64,000 nt of DNA from an uncultured delta proteobacterium (GCA_963736855.1 CAVTQK010000021.1:753929-817928); one strand, 5' to 3'; positions 50,628 through 60,148 are shown, counted from the stretch's first letter. Program-made: numbers and translations. Notes: generated by a model not told the origin, from the letters alone.

Positions 50628-51260
50628 TCAATCGCCTTTAAATACTTTGCAAAGTCTATATGCAAGTATGTTGGTCAAAGCAAAAACTCCAGCCAAATCG
50701 AGGTGGAAATGCGCCCTGTCATCAATTCCGATTAACGCTCTGGCGGAAGACTCCTGATCTCCTCGCCAAAATAATACGTATAATGGCACATATGGTAACC
50801 CGGGCAATTTAACAGCAATGTCGGCTCCTTCGATAATTTCTCCGCCAAGTCGAAGAGCGCTATCTATCAATTGGTCAGGATCTTTTTCGAAATATTCGGC
50901 CAATTGTCCGTTGGCAACACTGTGGGCACCGGTAAAGAACATTCGTCCACCGGGAAGCTCCTGCGGCACAGCCATCCTGCCGCTGGGTGGCACTCCCTTA
51001 GAAATGGATAGGGTGGTTAGCAATACCACTCCTGCCTGATAGCTGACCAGATGATCGGCCTTGTCTGCCATTTTGATTCGCCGGCTGCCTGGATCAATGG
51101 TATATTGGACCCCAAGCAAAGGCACTTTGAATCTTTCCCCGTCCCATTCCGCACCGACAGCCTCTGCTGCTTGTTTGGGAGATCGATTACGTAGATCGTT
51201 CCATGATGCCGCTGGTATCTGATCTGCCCACCTGAACAATTCTTTTGGAGATGACTTCAT
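50628..51260 (-). CDS. DUF3786-like protein
   Basis: ELPGG..F, LPYVP..W.GD.E..A. Confidence 0.8.
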   Translation of the reverse strand: MKSSPKELFRWADQIPAASWNDLRNRSPKQAAEAVGAEWDGERFKVPLLGVQYTIDPGSRRIKMADKADHLVSYQAGVVLLTTLSISKGVPPSGRMAVPQELPGGRMFFTGAHSVANGQLAEYFEKDPDQLIDSALRLGGEIIEGADIAVKLPGLPYVPLYVLFWRGDQESSARALIGIDDRAHFHLDLAGVFALTNILAYRLCKVFKGD

Positions 51261-51348
51261 ACTGTTTACATCCTCTATAAATATTTTTCATTATGAAGCC
51301 CAACGTTACGAGTCACCCTCTCGCGTAGCGATTGAGTGACATAGCAAT

Positions 51349-52659
51349 CTATCCCTTTTCTGTTTGTGAAATAGTGACTGGGGCATGACCCAAATCTTGA
51401 CCAAACACAGCAAAGTACAAAGTGCCTATCAAGCCAAACCCGAAAGCGACAAGGAAATTTGTTGTAGGCGAAGTAATGGCGTTGAAAAAGGGCATGAGAG
51501 ATTTTCCTATTCCTATTGTGTCAACGATGAGTTTTGCAGTGGATGAATCCCAAAACAACGCGCCGCCAAAAGCGGCAATGGATACGATAACATCACGGAT
51601 GAGATAGTATACGCCGAAAGTTGCCGCCTTTCTGCCATCAAGTGCTAAATCCATTATCAAGGCTTTGCGAGTTGGCTCGCCAAATTCTTTCAGCCCCCGA
51701 ATGACAAAAGCAATGACCATCACCCAAAAGGATTGCGCCACAAGTAGCACTAATGGAAATATGGTAAAGAATACAAAGGTTGTCACAACAAACGGTTTTT
51801 TGGTACTCTTGTCTGCCAGATAAGCCACAGGAATATATACCAAAACTGCCGTGGCCATTTCAATCGTTGTCAACAAACCAAATTGTAACGGTGTAATCTT
51901 TTTGATGGTGACACACCAGATAACCACAAACGCATAAGGGATTTGCTCACAAAAACGCACTAGAACGTCAGACACTAATAATTTCCGCAGATGAGGCGTA
52001 AGCAGGACGAAACCATTTTGCGCGGATGCGTTTTCTTTTTGAACTTTTGGCGTATCATCAATCATCATTTGTTGGATGAAAAGCGACACGCCCGCTAAAA
52101 TGAATGCCACAATAAAAGCAATATGGATGCCTGTTTTCTCTCCGAACATTCCGATAAGCACACCGCCGATAACGGGTCCAAACGCCATAGGAATACGTCG
52201 AACCAAAGAATTTACCGATACACCCATCGTGCGTTTGTTCTTTGGTAGAACGGTTGCTACCATATCCATTGTGGCAGGTAAGGAAATTGCCGTCCATGAT
52301 ATGAATAGAATTGCGCCAATGATAACGGCTTGCCAGTAGGGAAATACAATCACCACTGCATAGCCGGCCATTGCAATCATGTTGAATAATAACAAGGCTT
52401 TCTTATGCCCTAATCGGTCACTGGCATAACCACCAGGGAGAGAATAGAGTGCGCTCAATAAATTATCCAAGCCATTCAATAAACCGATGGAAAATGTTCC
52501 CCCGCCTAATGCAATCAGATAAAGCGGCAGAAAACGCTCTGCCATCTTTTCGCCAAGCCCAACTAAAATCACCATTGAAAGCAGGGCGACGATGCTTTTT
52601 TTGAGACCGAGGAAATCGGCGATTTTTCTGTGCTGTTCTGAGAGTTGCATATTGAACAA
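51349..52659 (-). CDS. MFS transporter
   Basis: GGYASDRLGHKK; about 12 TM segments. Confidence 0.9.
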   Translation of the reverse strand: MFNMQLSEQHRKIADFLGLKKSIVALLSMVILVGLGEKMAERFLPLYLIALGGGTFSIGLLNGLDNLLSALYSLPGGYASDRLGHKKALLLFNMIAMAGYAVVIVFPYWQAVIIGAILFISWTAISLPATMDMVATVLPKNKRTMGVSVNSLVRRIPMAFGPVIGGVLIGMFGEKTGIHIAFIVAFILAGVSLFIQQMMIDDTPKVQKENASAQNGFVLLTPHLRKLLVSDVLVRFCEQIPYAFVVIWCVTIKKITPLQFGLLTTIEMATAVLVYIPVAYLADKSTKKPFVVTTFVFFTIFPLVLLVAQSFWVMVIAFVIRGLKEFGEPTRKALIMDLALDGRKAATFGVYYLIRDVIVSIAAFGGALFWDSSTAKLIVDTIGIGKSLMPFFNAITSPTTNFLVAFGFGLIGTLYFAVFGQDLGHAPVTISQTEKG

Positions 52660-52687
52660 TTTACCTGACTGAATTAAGAGACCAAGT

Positions 52688-52766
52688 GCCTAACGATGCG
52701 GGTCAGGCGCGCCGGTTTTGCAAAAAAACGCCCCGTTCCTTGGCGTCGAACATCTGCTGGTTCGGG
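52688..52766 (-). other. attC site (degenerate)
   Basis: GCCTAAC ... GTTCGGG on + strand. Confidence 0.6.
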
Positions 52767-52772
52767 ACTCAT

Positions 52773-53315
52773 TTAGAGTTCGACGTTCGCCAGCCCTTCG
52801 ACTACGGCCTTGTACTTCTCGTGGATCATCTTGCGATCAAATTCCCAGAATTCCGCCAGCATCGCTTGATCTTCTTGATCGCTGAAGTAGGCGCGGGCTG
52901 CCGGAAAGAACACTTTGTCCTCCTTTGCAATATGCTTCGGATAGAACTCCACAAGGGTCTGGAGTCTCTCAGTAATCTCGGCCAGAGCGTCTGCGTTGCC
53001 GTTCCGATAGCGCGTGTTGGCGTCAACAAGCATTTTGATCGTCTGCCTCCCGAACACATGTTCTTGGACAAGTTCCTTCATGACCCGCCGGTCATCGGGC
53101 GACAGGGACTTCTTTTCCAAGTCACGAAACAGTATCTCCTCTTCCTTCCCGTGGTGCGTGCGGTCTGCATAGACACGGATGAAATCGACTGCCACATCAA
53201 CGAAGAACGGGTCAATCCTGCCGGCCGATTGGATGTGTCCGAGCGCTTCCTGGATTCGCGCAATCATTCGCTCAATCAGACGATGCTCAATCATCAGTGG
53301 TCCGCGTGCTTGCAT
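52773..53315 (-). CDS. Hemerythrin domain protein
   Basis: EH, HHGKEE, EH, HIAKED. Confidence 0.9.
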   Translation of the reverse strand: MQARGPLMIEHRLIERMIARIQEALGHIQSAGRIDPFFVDVAVDFIRVYADRTHHGKEEEILFRDLEKKSLSPDDRRVMKELVQEHVFGRQTIKMLVDANTRYRNGNADALAEITERLQTLVEFYPKHIAKEDKVFFPAARAYFSDQEDQAMLAEFWEFDRKMIHEKYKAVVEGLANVEL

Positions 53316-53335
53316 CTTCGGTTCCTTTCTCGATT

Positions 53336-53401
53336 TCTGAACGACAGGCTTGCACGGAAAGCGGCGCTCTTTGCCGCGTCCCGTGCAAGCCTTGGTTAGG
53401 C
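53336..53401 (-). other. attC site
   Basis: Minus: GCCTAAC CAAGG CTTGCACG ... CGTGCAAG CCTGTC GTTCAGA. Confidence 0.85.
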
Positions 53402-53416
53402 GCTGTTATTATTCCT

Positions 53417-53869
53417 TCAATATCTCCTATTATGTTTTTCCACCAACCTCGTTATTTTGTCGCATTTGAAGCACTTCTTGTTGTGAATTGAGATCAATCC
53501 ACCGCACCTTGAACAACTGTATTTTCCATATTGATCTTTGATAAATTCGCCGACTCCAGCTTTCTTAATATATTCCAAATTGTCCTTCATGCTGAACAGA
53601 TAATTATTTCTATACCGGTCGTCCATGCGTCTAAGTTGTTTGCAAGGATACTGATGGCATTCAATACAAAAAAACCACTTGCCTCTTGAAGTATTATTAA
53701 TGCCAGTACATTTTTCGAATAAGTATGTACATCTACTTTTTCTTGGCCGACAGCCGATGCATTGACTTCGCTTTAGATTATTTACATAAGACAGATATCG
53801 ACTGCAAATCGCACAATTCATTCCGCAGGGCGCGATAAGTTCCTCTGCGATTGGATTTAGATTTTCCAT
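53417..53869 (-). CDS. DUF3795 Cys-rich protein
   Basis: APCGMNCAIC, CIGC, FCIEC..YPC. Confidence 0.85.
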   Translation of the reverse strand: MENLNPIAEELIAPCGMNCAICSRYLSYVNNLKRSQCIGCRPRKSRCTYLFEKCTGINNTSRGKWFFCIECHQYPCKQLRRMDDRYRNNYLFSMKDNLEYIKKAGVGEFIKDQYGKYSCSRCGGLISIHNKKCFKCDKITRLVEKHNRRY

Positions 53870-53876
53870 TATCGGT

Positions 53877-53935
53877 GCCTAACCTGCTAATCAGCCGCGC
53901 GGCTTTTTGGGTCGGCAGAATTAGCCTTGTTGGGC
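53877..53935 (-). other. attC site
   Basis: Minus: GCCCAAC AAGGC TAATTCTG ... CTGATTA GCAG GTTAGGC. Confidence 0.8.
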
Positions 53936-54229
53936 CACAGACTCAGACCAAGGTTTGATGCTTTTTAGCATGGGACCAATTGTGCGTTCTGCAACTTCGG
54001 TATCATGGGCAGCCTGAGCACGCAGCCAATAACCGTTGGATAGACCAAAGAATCGACACAACCTCAAATCGGTATCTGCCGTTATTGAACGCTTACCAGC
54101 AACAATCTCGCTGATTCGTTGTGCAGGAACGCCAATTTCCTTTGCCAGACGATACTGGCTAAGCCCCATGGGTTTTAGGAATTCTTCTAATAGGATTTCG
54201 CCTGGTGTAATGGGTTCGAACTTTTTCAT
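53921..54229 (-). CDS. higA: HigA antitoxin
   Basis: PGEILLEEFL, ITADTDLRL, WLRAQ. Confidence 0.92.
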   Translation of the reverse strand: MKKFEPITPGEILLEEFLKPMGLSQYRLAKEIGVPAQRISEIVAGKRSITADTDLRLCRFFGLSNGYWLRAQAAHDTEVAERTIGPMLKSIKPWSESVAQQG

Positions 54230-54241
54230 AATGGACCCTCC

Positions 54242-54521
54242 TCAGTGGTAATCAACGATTTCCACATTTTCTGCACCTCCATCCGTCCAACGAAAGCAGA
54301 CTCGCCACTGATCGTTGATGCGAATGCTGTATTGACCTGAACGATCACCCTTAAGTGCTTCAAGATGATTGCCGGGTGGCACCCTCAAATCATCAAGCCG
54401 GTTAGCGATTTCAAGCTGTCTCAGTTTTCGCCGTGCGACTTTTGCAATGTTTAGGAATTGCCTGACATCGATGACCTTTTGATAGCGCCTCAGTGTATTC
54501 ACATTTGAATGATCTGATCAT
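54242..54521 (-). pseudogene. higB: HigB toxin with +1 frameshift
   Basis: MIRSFKC start at 54521 is out of frame with LRVPPGNHLE..YSIRINDQWR; span 280 nt. Confidence 0.8.
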
Positions 54522-54571
54522 GTTTTATATAATAATGCATTGCGTGATTAACGTCAAGCGTGATTGTTTTG

Positions 54572-54682
54572 GCTCAACATCCAAAGCTGACCGGCCGCGC
54601 CGAAGAATCGCTGGCCATCACTTCACAGCAACTACTGTTGATAGCCACGCGGATGCGCGGTCCGGTCGAGCGGTTCTTAGCA
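54572..54682 (-). other. attC site (long, degenerate)
   Basis: GCTCAAC..GACCGGCCGCG / CGCGGTCCGGTC..CTTAGCA on + strand. Confidence 0.6.
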
Positions 54683-54689
54683 TTCCGGA

Positions 54690-55715
54690 TTACACATTCG
54701 CGCTTACAGACTGCCAATCACGTCTGATCATTTCTCCTATTCTCCTGGCGCGTTCCGAGTAGAGTGCGATACTCTCCCAGACAGGTTCTTGACTGACCTT
54801 CTGCATCAGCAAGCCGTCTCCGTTGCGCCCACAGGGCAGCATGCCGCCGAGGAAGTAGCCGTGCCCACGCAAGATATCGGTCGCTGCAAATATTGATGGG
54901 GAGGCGAGTGGCAGCCAGACCTGGAAGATCACTATGCCTTTTTTGCGCGCTTCGCTTTCCAGGCGGACAATGAATTGGTCGAAATCCGGTCCGATCCAAT
55001 CAATTGTCATCCGTGCGACTTGCGCCAAGTCGAATAGGTTCATGCTGCCCTGACTGCTTCCCTCATCCGGCAAATCACTTCTCGAAAACACAAAGGTGCG
55101 CTCCACATTCAAACCTGCATAAAGGTACTCCAGCTCATCCCGATAGACCATCGGTATCTGGACGGTTTGCACTCTGGGTTTGTGCATGAAAAATCCGAGC
55201 AGCACAGAAACGCGACCGGATACGCCCGGTTCCATGCCATAGGCAGTCGCCGGCATCAGATCGACTTCAAGACCTGATTCTTTGAAGTCAAGCTGCAAGC
55301 ACATCTTCTGTACATGGGTGTGGCTGCACACGGGTTCCCCGACAATTCCTTCCACGTCAAAACGTTTCGAGGTATTGACGATAGTATGCTTGAACAAGCG
55401 GGGGAAGACGCCTTGCCCGCGAAAAGCCGGTAGCACCGCTCCTGCTGCATTTTCATAGAGGTGAGTGGCAGAGTCCAGAAGAACGAGCGCATTATGGCCA
55501 ACAACTTCGCCGGCGGGTGTGCGGGCCACGCAGGAGATGATGTGACCGGCAGCATTCTCTTCGATTAACTGATCCGGAAGGTAATAAGTCCTGATGGGGT
55601 ATCCTTCTCCGTAGACTTCGCGAAAAAGCCGGGCAATCCCAGGTGCGTCTTCGATACGGAAAAAATCTATCTCGATTTCCTGTCTTGTTGTGTCTGAAGC
55701 TTGGGTTTCGCTCAT
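54690..55715 (-). CDS. GNAT-domain protein
   Basis: AVLPAFRGQG; VCSH..QK. Confidence 0.8.
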   Translation of the reverse strand: MSETQASDTTRQEIEIDFFRIEDAPGIARLFREVYGEGYPIRTYYLPDQLIEENAAGHIISCVARTPAGEVVGHNALVLLDSATHLYENAAGAVLPAFRGQGVFPRLFKHTIVNTSKRFDVEGIVGEPVCSHTHVQKMCLQLDFKESGLEVDLMPATAYGMEPGVSGRVSVLLGFFMHKPRVQTVQIPMVYRDELEYLYAGLNVERTFVFSRSDLPDEGSSQGSMNLFDLAQVARMTIDWIGPDFDQFIVRLESEARKKGIVIFQVWLPLASPSIFAATDILRGHGYFLGGMLPCGRNGDGLLMQKVSQEPVWESIALYSERARRIGEMIRRDWQSVSANV

Positions 55716-55891
55716 TGTCCATCTTCCTCCTTACGCCATGACCCTCATTTGTGCGCCATCGTCTCTACTAGCGCCCATGAACCGGCATATAGGAAGCGTT
55801 GATCTTGGGACTGCCTGGAGGAGGACCAATTTTCCTGTCACCGGTGAGTTGCATTCGACCGTTTGTGTCTTTGCTTGGGTTATGATACCGC

Positions 55892-55956
55892 TGCTAATAT
55901 TGAAGATCAGCCGCAACAACCGCAGGTTTTTTTTCGGATGAAGCTAATTGTTAGAA
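55892..55956 (-). other. attC site (degenerate)
   Basis: TGCTAAT ... GTTAGAA on + strand; overlaps the stop of the upstream ORF. Confidence 0.5.
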
Positions 55957-56361
55957 ATTCTTTATTAGTTCAATAATATTCCAAACAAGCTGTCCATATC
56001 CTTGATTAATATATAATCCTATCTGCGCAATTAATGAGTACGCTATCGCAAATTGTGCCAAGGCATAAACAGCAATAGTGAATTGGCTTATGCTAATGAT
56101 GCCTACACCAAACTGGGAAATATTGATTATACCGATACCAAATTGCCCAATCGAAATTATTCCTTTAGCCGGTACCGGTATTCTGTTAGGGCGATATTTG
56201 AATGAAATATGAAGTAGAGGCAATCCCATGATGATTGTTTTGCTTTTATATTCAAATCCCCAACCATCCCATTTTTCTTTAGCGGGATACGGGGCGCCGC
56301 AATTTGGGCAAGCAAAAGCTTGTTCGCTAATATCATGTCGACACTCTCTGCATTTTTTCAT
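55951..56361 (-). CDS. Zinc-ribbon protein with Gly-rich hydrophobic repeats
   Basis: CREC..CPNCG; repeated ISQF/IGQF. Confidence 0.75.
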   Translation of the reverse strand: MKKCRECRHDISEQAFACPNCGAPYPAKEKWDGWGFEYKSKTIIMGLPLLHISFKYRPNRIPVPAKGIISIGQFGIGIINISQFGVGIISISQFTIAVYALAQFAIAYSLIAQIGLYINQGYGQLVWNIIELIKNF

Positions 56362-56382
56362 GTTTTTCCTTTTAATATTTAT

Positions 56383-56444
56383 TTCAAACGACCGGCGTCA
56401 GTGTCCGCGATCTCCAGCGGTAGAACTGAAAGCCGAGGTTATAT
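56383..56444 (-). other. attC site
   Basis: Minus: ATATAAC CTCGG CTTTCAGT ... ACTGACG CCGGTC GTTTGAA. Confidence 0.75.
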
Positions 56445-56823
56445 GCCGCTTTTTATCAATGAGCCATCCTGTTGGTGGAAATAGAAGCCAAGGCAGTAAG
56501 TAATATACAGTTAGGTACCAGAATTTCCATAAAAAATTAAGGCCATGCCCGAGGTAAATACCAGCATATAAAAGATCATAAACGAACAAGGGAAATGTAA
56601 TGTAAAATGCCCACCATAAGGAAGCAATTAGCGCTCTACCAGGTCTCGCTTTTTGCACATTACGATAAATTATGAACCAAATCGGTGGCAAAATTACCAA
56701 ATCGAATATGATCATGATTTTTATTGAGTATTGCTGATAATAATCCGGAAGACCGGCTATCCAAAATAAAATCCATGCAATTGTGACTAACACCAACAGC
56801 CTTAGATGATTATACAATATCAT
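56398..56823 (-). CDS. Hypothetical membrane protein
   Basis: 4 TM; ATG 56823 after attC; reads into the next attC. Confidence 0.7.
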   Translation of the reverse strand: MILYNHLRLLVLVTIAWILFWIAGLPDYYQQYSIKIMIIFDLVILPPIWFIIYRNVQKARPGRALIASLWWAFYITFPLFVYDLLYAGIYLGHGLNFLWKFWYLTVYYLLPWLLFPPTGWLIDKKRHITSAFSSTAGDRGH

Positions 56824-56842
56824 AAATTTTCGAAAATCCTTG

Positions 56843-56915
56843 CATAAACGTCTGCCTTCACTGGTGGAAATGGAGCACAACGGATTTTCCATCCGAGTGC
56901 ATGGCATTGCTATTT
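56843..56915 (-). other. attC site (degenerate)
   Basis: CATAAAC..TGCCTTCAC..TGGAAA/TTTCCA..GTGCATGGCA..GCTATTT on + strand. Confidence 0.6.
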
Positions 56916-57302
56916 GTTTCTTTTATAATGCCTTTTAACGAAAAAATTAGAATTTATTACCTAAATCTTGCACGCTTTTTTTATTTTCCGTGCAAGAAAT
57001 ATTTTGCACGGTTAAATTTCAGTGTATTTTCATTGTGTTATAAATATATCAAAATGAACCTCTTTGTGAGAGCCCGAATTTACTGGCTTCGAGAGTGTTT
57101 CTACGAGACCAATACTGGCATGTATTTGCTGAAAGTTGAAAAATGAGTTTTTACCTCGTTGGTAAAAATAGGCTTTATTTCTGCTTCACGTGAACTGTTT
57201 AGTCATAAGGTTTTACAGGTCTCACGTTGATTTATAAGAAGTTTGGTGAAAGATTCAGGTATTAAATTACGAATTAAATATATTCACTATAATTTTATTT
57301 TA

Positions 57303-57788
57303 CTATGATTTAGAATGCAAATAATACCGAAAATCACAATAGTCTGCTCCTTCCATAATGGTTTTGGTCCGCACTAACTTGAGTCGGGGATTAAAGCCTC
57401 TGGCAAACGGTTCATCACGACAGCAGGACAATTCTACACCAAACTCTTCTAATCCTAGTTCTCGATATTTCTCATAATAAGGACACCGGAACACGTTAAA
57501 AAAATAGGTGGTTGAAGTTTGTTCTAAAACGTCCATTTCCCAAATTCCACCCACTCCCCAGCTTGCTACATCTTTAACCAATTCCTCTATCCCATTCTTC
57601 CCCTCTGTCCTCATCATATTTTGACCACGCCGAAATGCTTCTTGCTGATTGACTTCCTTCAATATTGCCAAAGCTTCGTCCTTGCCTATTCTTTGGGACA
57701 CCGCTCTTATCACTGGCACAATAGCTAAAGCTTCAATAGCCCTTTTTTCTATCCGGTTAAGTTCTTTTTTCTCTAAGTATTTTTTCAT
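57303..57788 (-). CDS. L-2-amino-thiazoline-4-carboxylate hydrolase-like protein
   Basis: RCPY, SCCRD, RTKTIMEGADYCDFRY. Confidence 0.85.
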   Translation of the reverse strand: MKKYLEKKELNRIEKRAIEALAIVPVIRAVSQRIGKDEALAILKEVNQQEAFRRGQNMMRTEGKNGIEELVKDVASWGVGGIWEMDVLEQTSTTYFFNVFRCPYYEKYRELGLEEFGVELSCCRDEPFARGFNPRLKLVRTKTIMEGADYCDFRYYLHSKS

Positions 57789-57807
57789 ATTTATCCAATC
57801 CTTTTTC

Positions 57808-57966
57808 ACATAACGGCCGGGGCCAAGGCCCTCGTGGTTCTCTTCTTGCTGCGCGCCTCGATGACGCCGGGGATAACCGGCCTAAACCACGCTTCCAAAG
57901 AACTCCAGGCAACGCCACTAGATGCCCCCAGCGTGGTTTGGTTCCGCCTTGATACCCTGGTTAGGG
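57808..57966 (-). other. Long attC site (159 bp)
   Basis: ACATAAC..GGGCCAAGGC / GCCTTGATACCC..GTTAGGG on + strand. Confidence 0.6.
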
Positions 57967-58019
57967 CATTTTTAGGGCACGATTTGGAAAGTCATCTATT
58001 GTACACAGTATACAAGGCT

Positions 58020-58571
58020 CTATCCCAAACCTGCGATGAAATCATCTGTGCTGATAACCTTTGCATACACCTCGGCTAAGGCCGCCAGAAAAGCTGCATG
58101 GACCTGCTTGGCGGGAATTATGTCGCTATTAAAAGATAGGGTCCTGGTTGCACACGCGTCGTGTAAAACTGTGCACTGAAAACCATGGTCGAATGCGGCA
58201 CGAGTGGTTGCATCGACACACATGTGGGTCATCATACCAGCGATGACTACATGGGCTACGTTCTTCCTTCTTAGATGCTCCAGAAGAGAAGTGTCCCGAA
58301 ACGGGTTTGGATAGTGCTTCTGGATTACCAGTTCACTGGCAACTGGTTGGACATTGGGGTGAATTCCCACTCCTTCGGTTCCAGAGATGAAGAAAGAGGC
58401 CCCCGGACGGGCAGATATGTGTTGGATATGTGCTAATGGCAGGCCCTTCTCCCGGAACAGGTAGAGGACCTGTTTTGCCTTTTGACTTGCCTCGGGACTC
58501 CCTTCAAGTACCATCTTACCGCCAGGGAAGTAATCATTCTGGATATCGATTAACAATAGAACTGTATTCAT
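58020..58571 (-). CDS. Isochorismatase-family cysteine hydrolase
   Basis: IDIQNDYF, GMMTHMCVD. Confidence 0.9.
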   Translation of the reverse strand: MNTVLLLIDIQNDYFPGGKMVLEGSPEASQKAKQVLYLFREKGLPLAHIQHISARPGASFFISGTEGVGIHPNVQPVASELVIQKHYPNPFRDTSLLEHLRRKNVAHVVIAGMMTHMCVDATTRAAFDHGFQCTVLHDACATRTLSFNSDIIPAKQVHAAFLAALAEVYAKVISTDDFIAGLG

Positions 58572-58621
58572 GGTGTCCTTTCTTCCTACAAGATGAGTAT
58601 GTAGCGCGTAGACCAGCTGAG

Positions 58622-58860
58622 CCCTAGCGCTCCACATAAGCTGCGCCGCCTAATAAACATGTCGCGTAACGCCCCCGAGCTTCTCTGCGTCGGCTTAATC
58701 TGCTTGATACTAGTTATGGCCTTCCTTAAAAGGGAGGCAGCGACAATAACCCGCAGTACGTTTTCTGTGCTCCGACGAGCTGATTAAGGGCCCATTCTCG
58801 CACAGAAAACGCCCTGCGGGTTACCCCCTTTCGCTTGTGAAGGCCATATAGATGTTAGCT
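58622..58860 (-). other. attC site interrupted by the mini-element
   Basis: Removing 58707-58854 restores minus-strand AGCTAAC AAGCA GATTAAGC ... GCTTATG TGGAGC GCTAGGG. Confidence 0.8.
58707..58854 (+). mobile_element. 148-bp non-autonomous IS110/IS1111-like mini-element
   Basis: Subterminal 10-bp IRs TATGGCCTTC (58715-58724) / GAAGGCCATA (58839-58848); TG core at both junctions; shared with the IS110 remnant at 1.4-1.7 kb. Confidence 0.8.
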
Positions 58861-59721
58861 GGCTATCTTATGCTTCAAAAAAGTCCCACGCTGATATTCC
58901 GCAAACGCTTCTTCTAATTCGGCCTGCGTGTTCATCACAATTGGCCCATACCACGCTACCGGTTCATTCAACGGTTTCCCTGAAACCAATAGAAAGCGTA
59001 CGCTCTCCGCTTCCGTTGAAACAGTCACCCCATCCCCATCACCAAAAACGACCAGATTCTCAACGCCGATAGTGCGCTCCCGCACCGCATCAAAATACCC
59101 TTGCCCTTCAATTACATATGCGAACACCGTATATCCTGCCGGGACAGAATGAGTGAACGTCGTCTGGGCCGGTAGACTCACATCCAAATAACCTGGGTCA
59201 ATCACAATATTCTGGACCGGACCGCGCAGTTCATTGAATGGACCGCATATGAGCCGAATCTCAATGCCGTTCCCCAATCGAATCACCGGAATCTCATCTG
59301 CCGTGAGCCCCTGGTAGCGCGGCATCATCATTTTGTGGGTCGCGGGAAGGTTAGCCCAAAGCTGAAACCCCCATAACCAACCGTCTTCTCCCCCTTGGGG
59401 CATTTCCTGGTGAATGATGCCACTCCCGGCGGTCATCCACTGAACATCCCCCGCCGCAATCACTCCCTGATTCCCCATACTATCGCCATGGGCAACCTGT
59501 CCCTGTAATACATACGTGATCGTCTCGATCCCGCGATGAGGATGCCAAGGAAAACCAGAGAGATATTCATCTTGTTTATCCGAATGAAAATTATCCAGCA
59601 ATAAAAAGGGGTCAAGGCGAGGCTCCCGTCGAAAACCAAAGGCCCGCTTTAAATGTACGCCTGCCCCTTCCAAGGTCGGCTGGCTCTTGAATATTTGACT
59701 AACTTTTCTGGCTGTATCCAT
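58855..59721 (-). CDS. Pirin family protein
   Basis: DPFLLLD, HPHRGIET, WMTAGSGI.H.E, GPIVMNT. Confidence 0.93.
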   Translation of the reverse strand: MDTARKVSQIFKSQPTLEGAGVHLKRAFGFRREPRLDPFLLLDNFHSDKQDEYLSGFPWHPHRGIETITYVLQGQVAHGDSMGNQGVIAAGDVQWMTAGSGIIHQEMPQGGEDGWLWGFQLWANLPATHKMMMPRYQGLTADEIPVIRLGNGIEIRLICGPFNELRGPVQNIVIDPGYLDVSLPAQTTFTHSVPAGYTVFAYVIEGQGYFDAVRERTIGVENLVVFGDGDGVTVSTEAESVRFLLVSGKPLNEPVAWYGPIVMNTQAELEEAFAEYQRGTFLKHKIAS

Positions 59722-59752
59722 AGCGATTCTCCTTCACAATCTGCTGAGAGAT

Positions 59753-59810
59753 AGCTAACGCCAAAATCAACGGCGGTTGCAAGACGTCGGTTGTATAAGT
59801 CTTGTTGGCC
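59753..59810 (-). other. attC site (degenerate)
   Basis: AGCTAAC..CAAC/GTTG..GTTGGCC on + strand. Confidence 0.6.
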
Positions 59811-59812
59811 GG

Positions 59813-60148
59813 TTAATAGATGCACGCATCTAATATGGAAAGCACGTCTGACAGCAACTTATCATTGCCGTGTTCAATACGTTTAGCGCGGCGAGCACGG
59901 AAATCAACAGATTTAACTTGCTCAACCATAATGAAGCCCGTCAGCTTACTGTCTTCGGGAATAGGTACGTGAAAAGGAAAACCACGCTCTGTGTTTGTAA
60001 CTGGGCATACAATAGCCAACCCTGTGCTTTGATTGAACAGGTCTTTGCTAACAACAAAAGCAGGGCGCCGCCCTTTTTGTTCATGACCAGATTGTGGATC
60101 AAATGTGATTGCGATGATGTCCCCTTGTTTGGGAATATATGCGGCCAT
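59813..60148 (-). CDS. mazF: MazF/PemK toxin
   Basis: FDPQSGHEQKGRRPA, CPVT, QVKSVD. Confidence 0.92.
   Translation of the reverse strand: MAAYIPKQGDIIAITFDPQSGHEQKGRRPAFVVSKDLFNQSTGLAIVCPVTNTERGFPFHVPIPEDSKLTGFIMVEQVKSVDFRARRAKRIEHGNDKLLSDVLSILDACIY

Noticed and set aside
58707-58854. Group IIC-attC intron remnant as the identity of the attC insert
   Set aside because: No GTGCG 5' end, domain V or RT sequence; subterminal IRs and the linked transposase fragment point to IS110.
1600-58854. Inversion between the two IS110-end copies as the cause of array convergence
   Set aside because: Flipping the segment between them still leaves two convergent arrays.
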